Source: Phoronis australis (lineage: Eukaryota > Animalia > Phoronida). From it: a stretch of 64,000 nucleotides of DNA. Within the stretch, counting starts at the first letter, position 1. Each line of letters begins with the position of its first letter. Below, piece after piece: positions 63,835 to 64,000 of this stretch. The notes below the pieces were generated by a model that was given only the letters and a program-made list of their open reading frames with translations, did no database searches and had not been told where the DNA came from. The DNA is taken from contig NMRA01000310.1 of NCBI GenBank assembly GCA_002633005.1, positions 190,624 through 254,623 on the forward strand. Direction: 5' to 3'. The translations under genes were made by a program, and so were the position numbers.

Positions 63835-64000
63835 CAGAGTGTATGCAATGACCTTACACTTGACGTTGATTCCAAACATAATGAGCAAAAACAAGCTTTA
63901 TCACTCGCCAAAACAATTAATGTCAGTGACTGAGCCTAGGCTGAGCTACACGTGTAGGCAGTTGCATCATTTTTGTACGTGGCATACGGCTACATCGAGT

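Noticed and set aside
59000-63900. Several candidate first exons for the MFS gene (near 59615, 61925, 62075, 63860)
   Set aside because: None gives an open frame with a TM1-like sequence in the required phase.

Overview
Animal (invertebrate, probably lophotrochozoan-like) genomic DNA, AT-rich, intron-rich and dense in repeats. It has two assembly gaps (20255-20818, 42880-42891) and no prokaryotic features such as operons or CRISPR. Three spliced genes could be rebuilt by hand from GT-AG sites and reading phase. (1) A complete 7-exon Neverland/DAF-36 Rieske cholesterol 7-desaturase on + (8821-28202, 434 aa, 12.7-kb first intron). (2) A 9-exon zona-pellucida (ZP) module membrane protein on + (38892-49283): signal peptide, ZP-N, ZP-C, RKKR furin site, TM; part of one exon is lost in a gap. 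(3) The last two exons of a nodulin-like MFS transporter on - (55803-58386). The rest holds decayed LINEs (two L1/Tx1-like, one CR1/L2-like, one with RNase H), a tRNA-derived SINE family, many fold-back MITEs and microsatellites. The best leads are an apparent disulfide swap in the ZP-C domain, a phase-consistent but unproven antisense exon chain interleaved with the 5' end of neverland, and two MITE families with 5-bp target-site duplications, including a nested composite present twice. I found no convincing multi-gene novel system.
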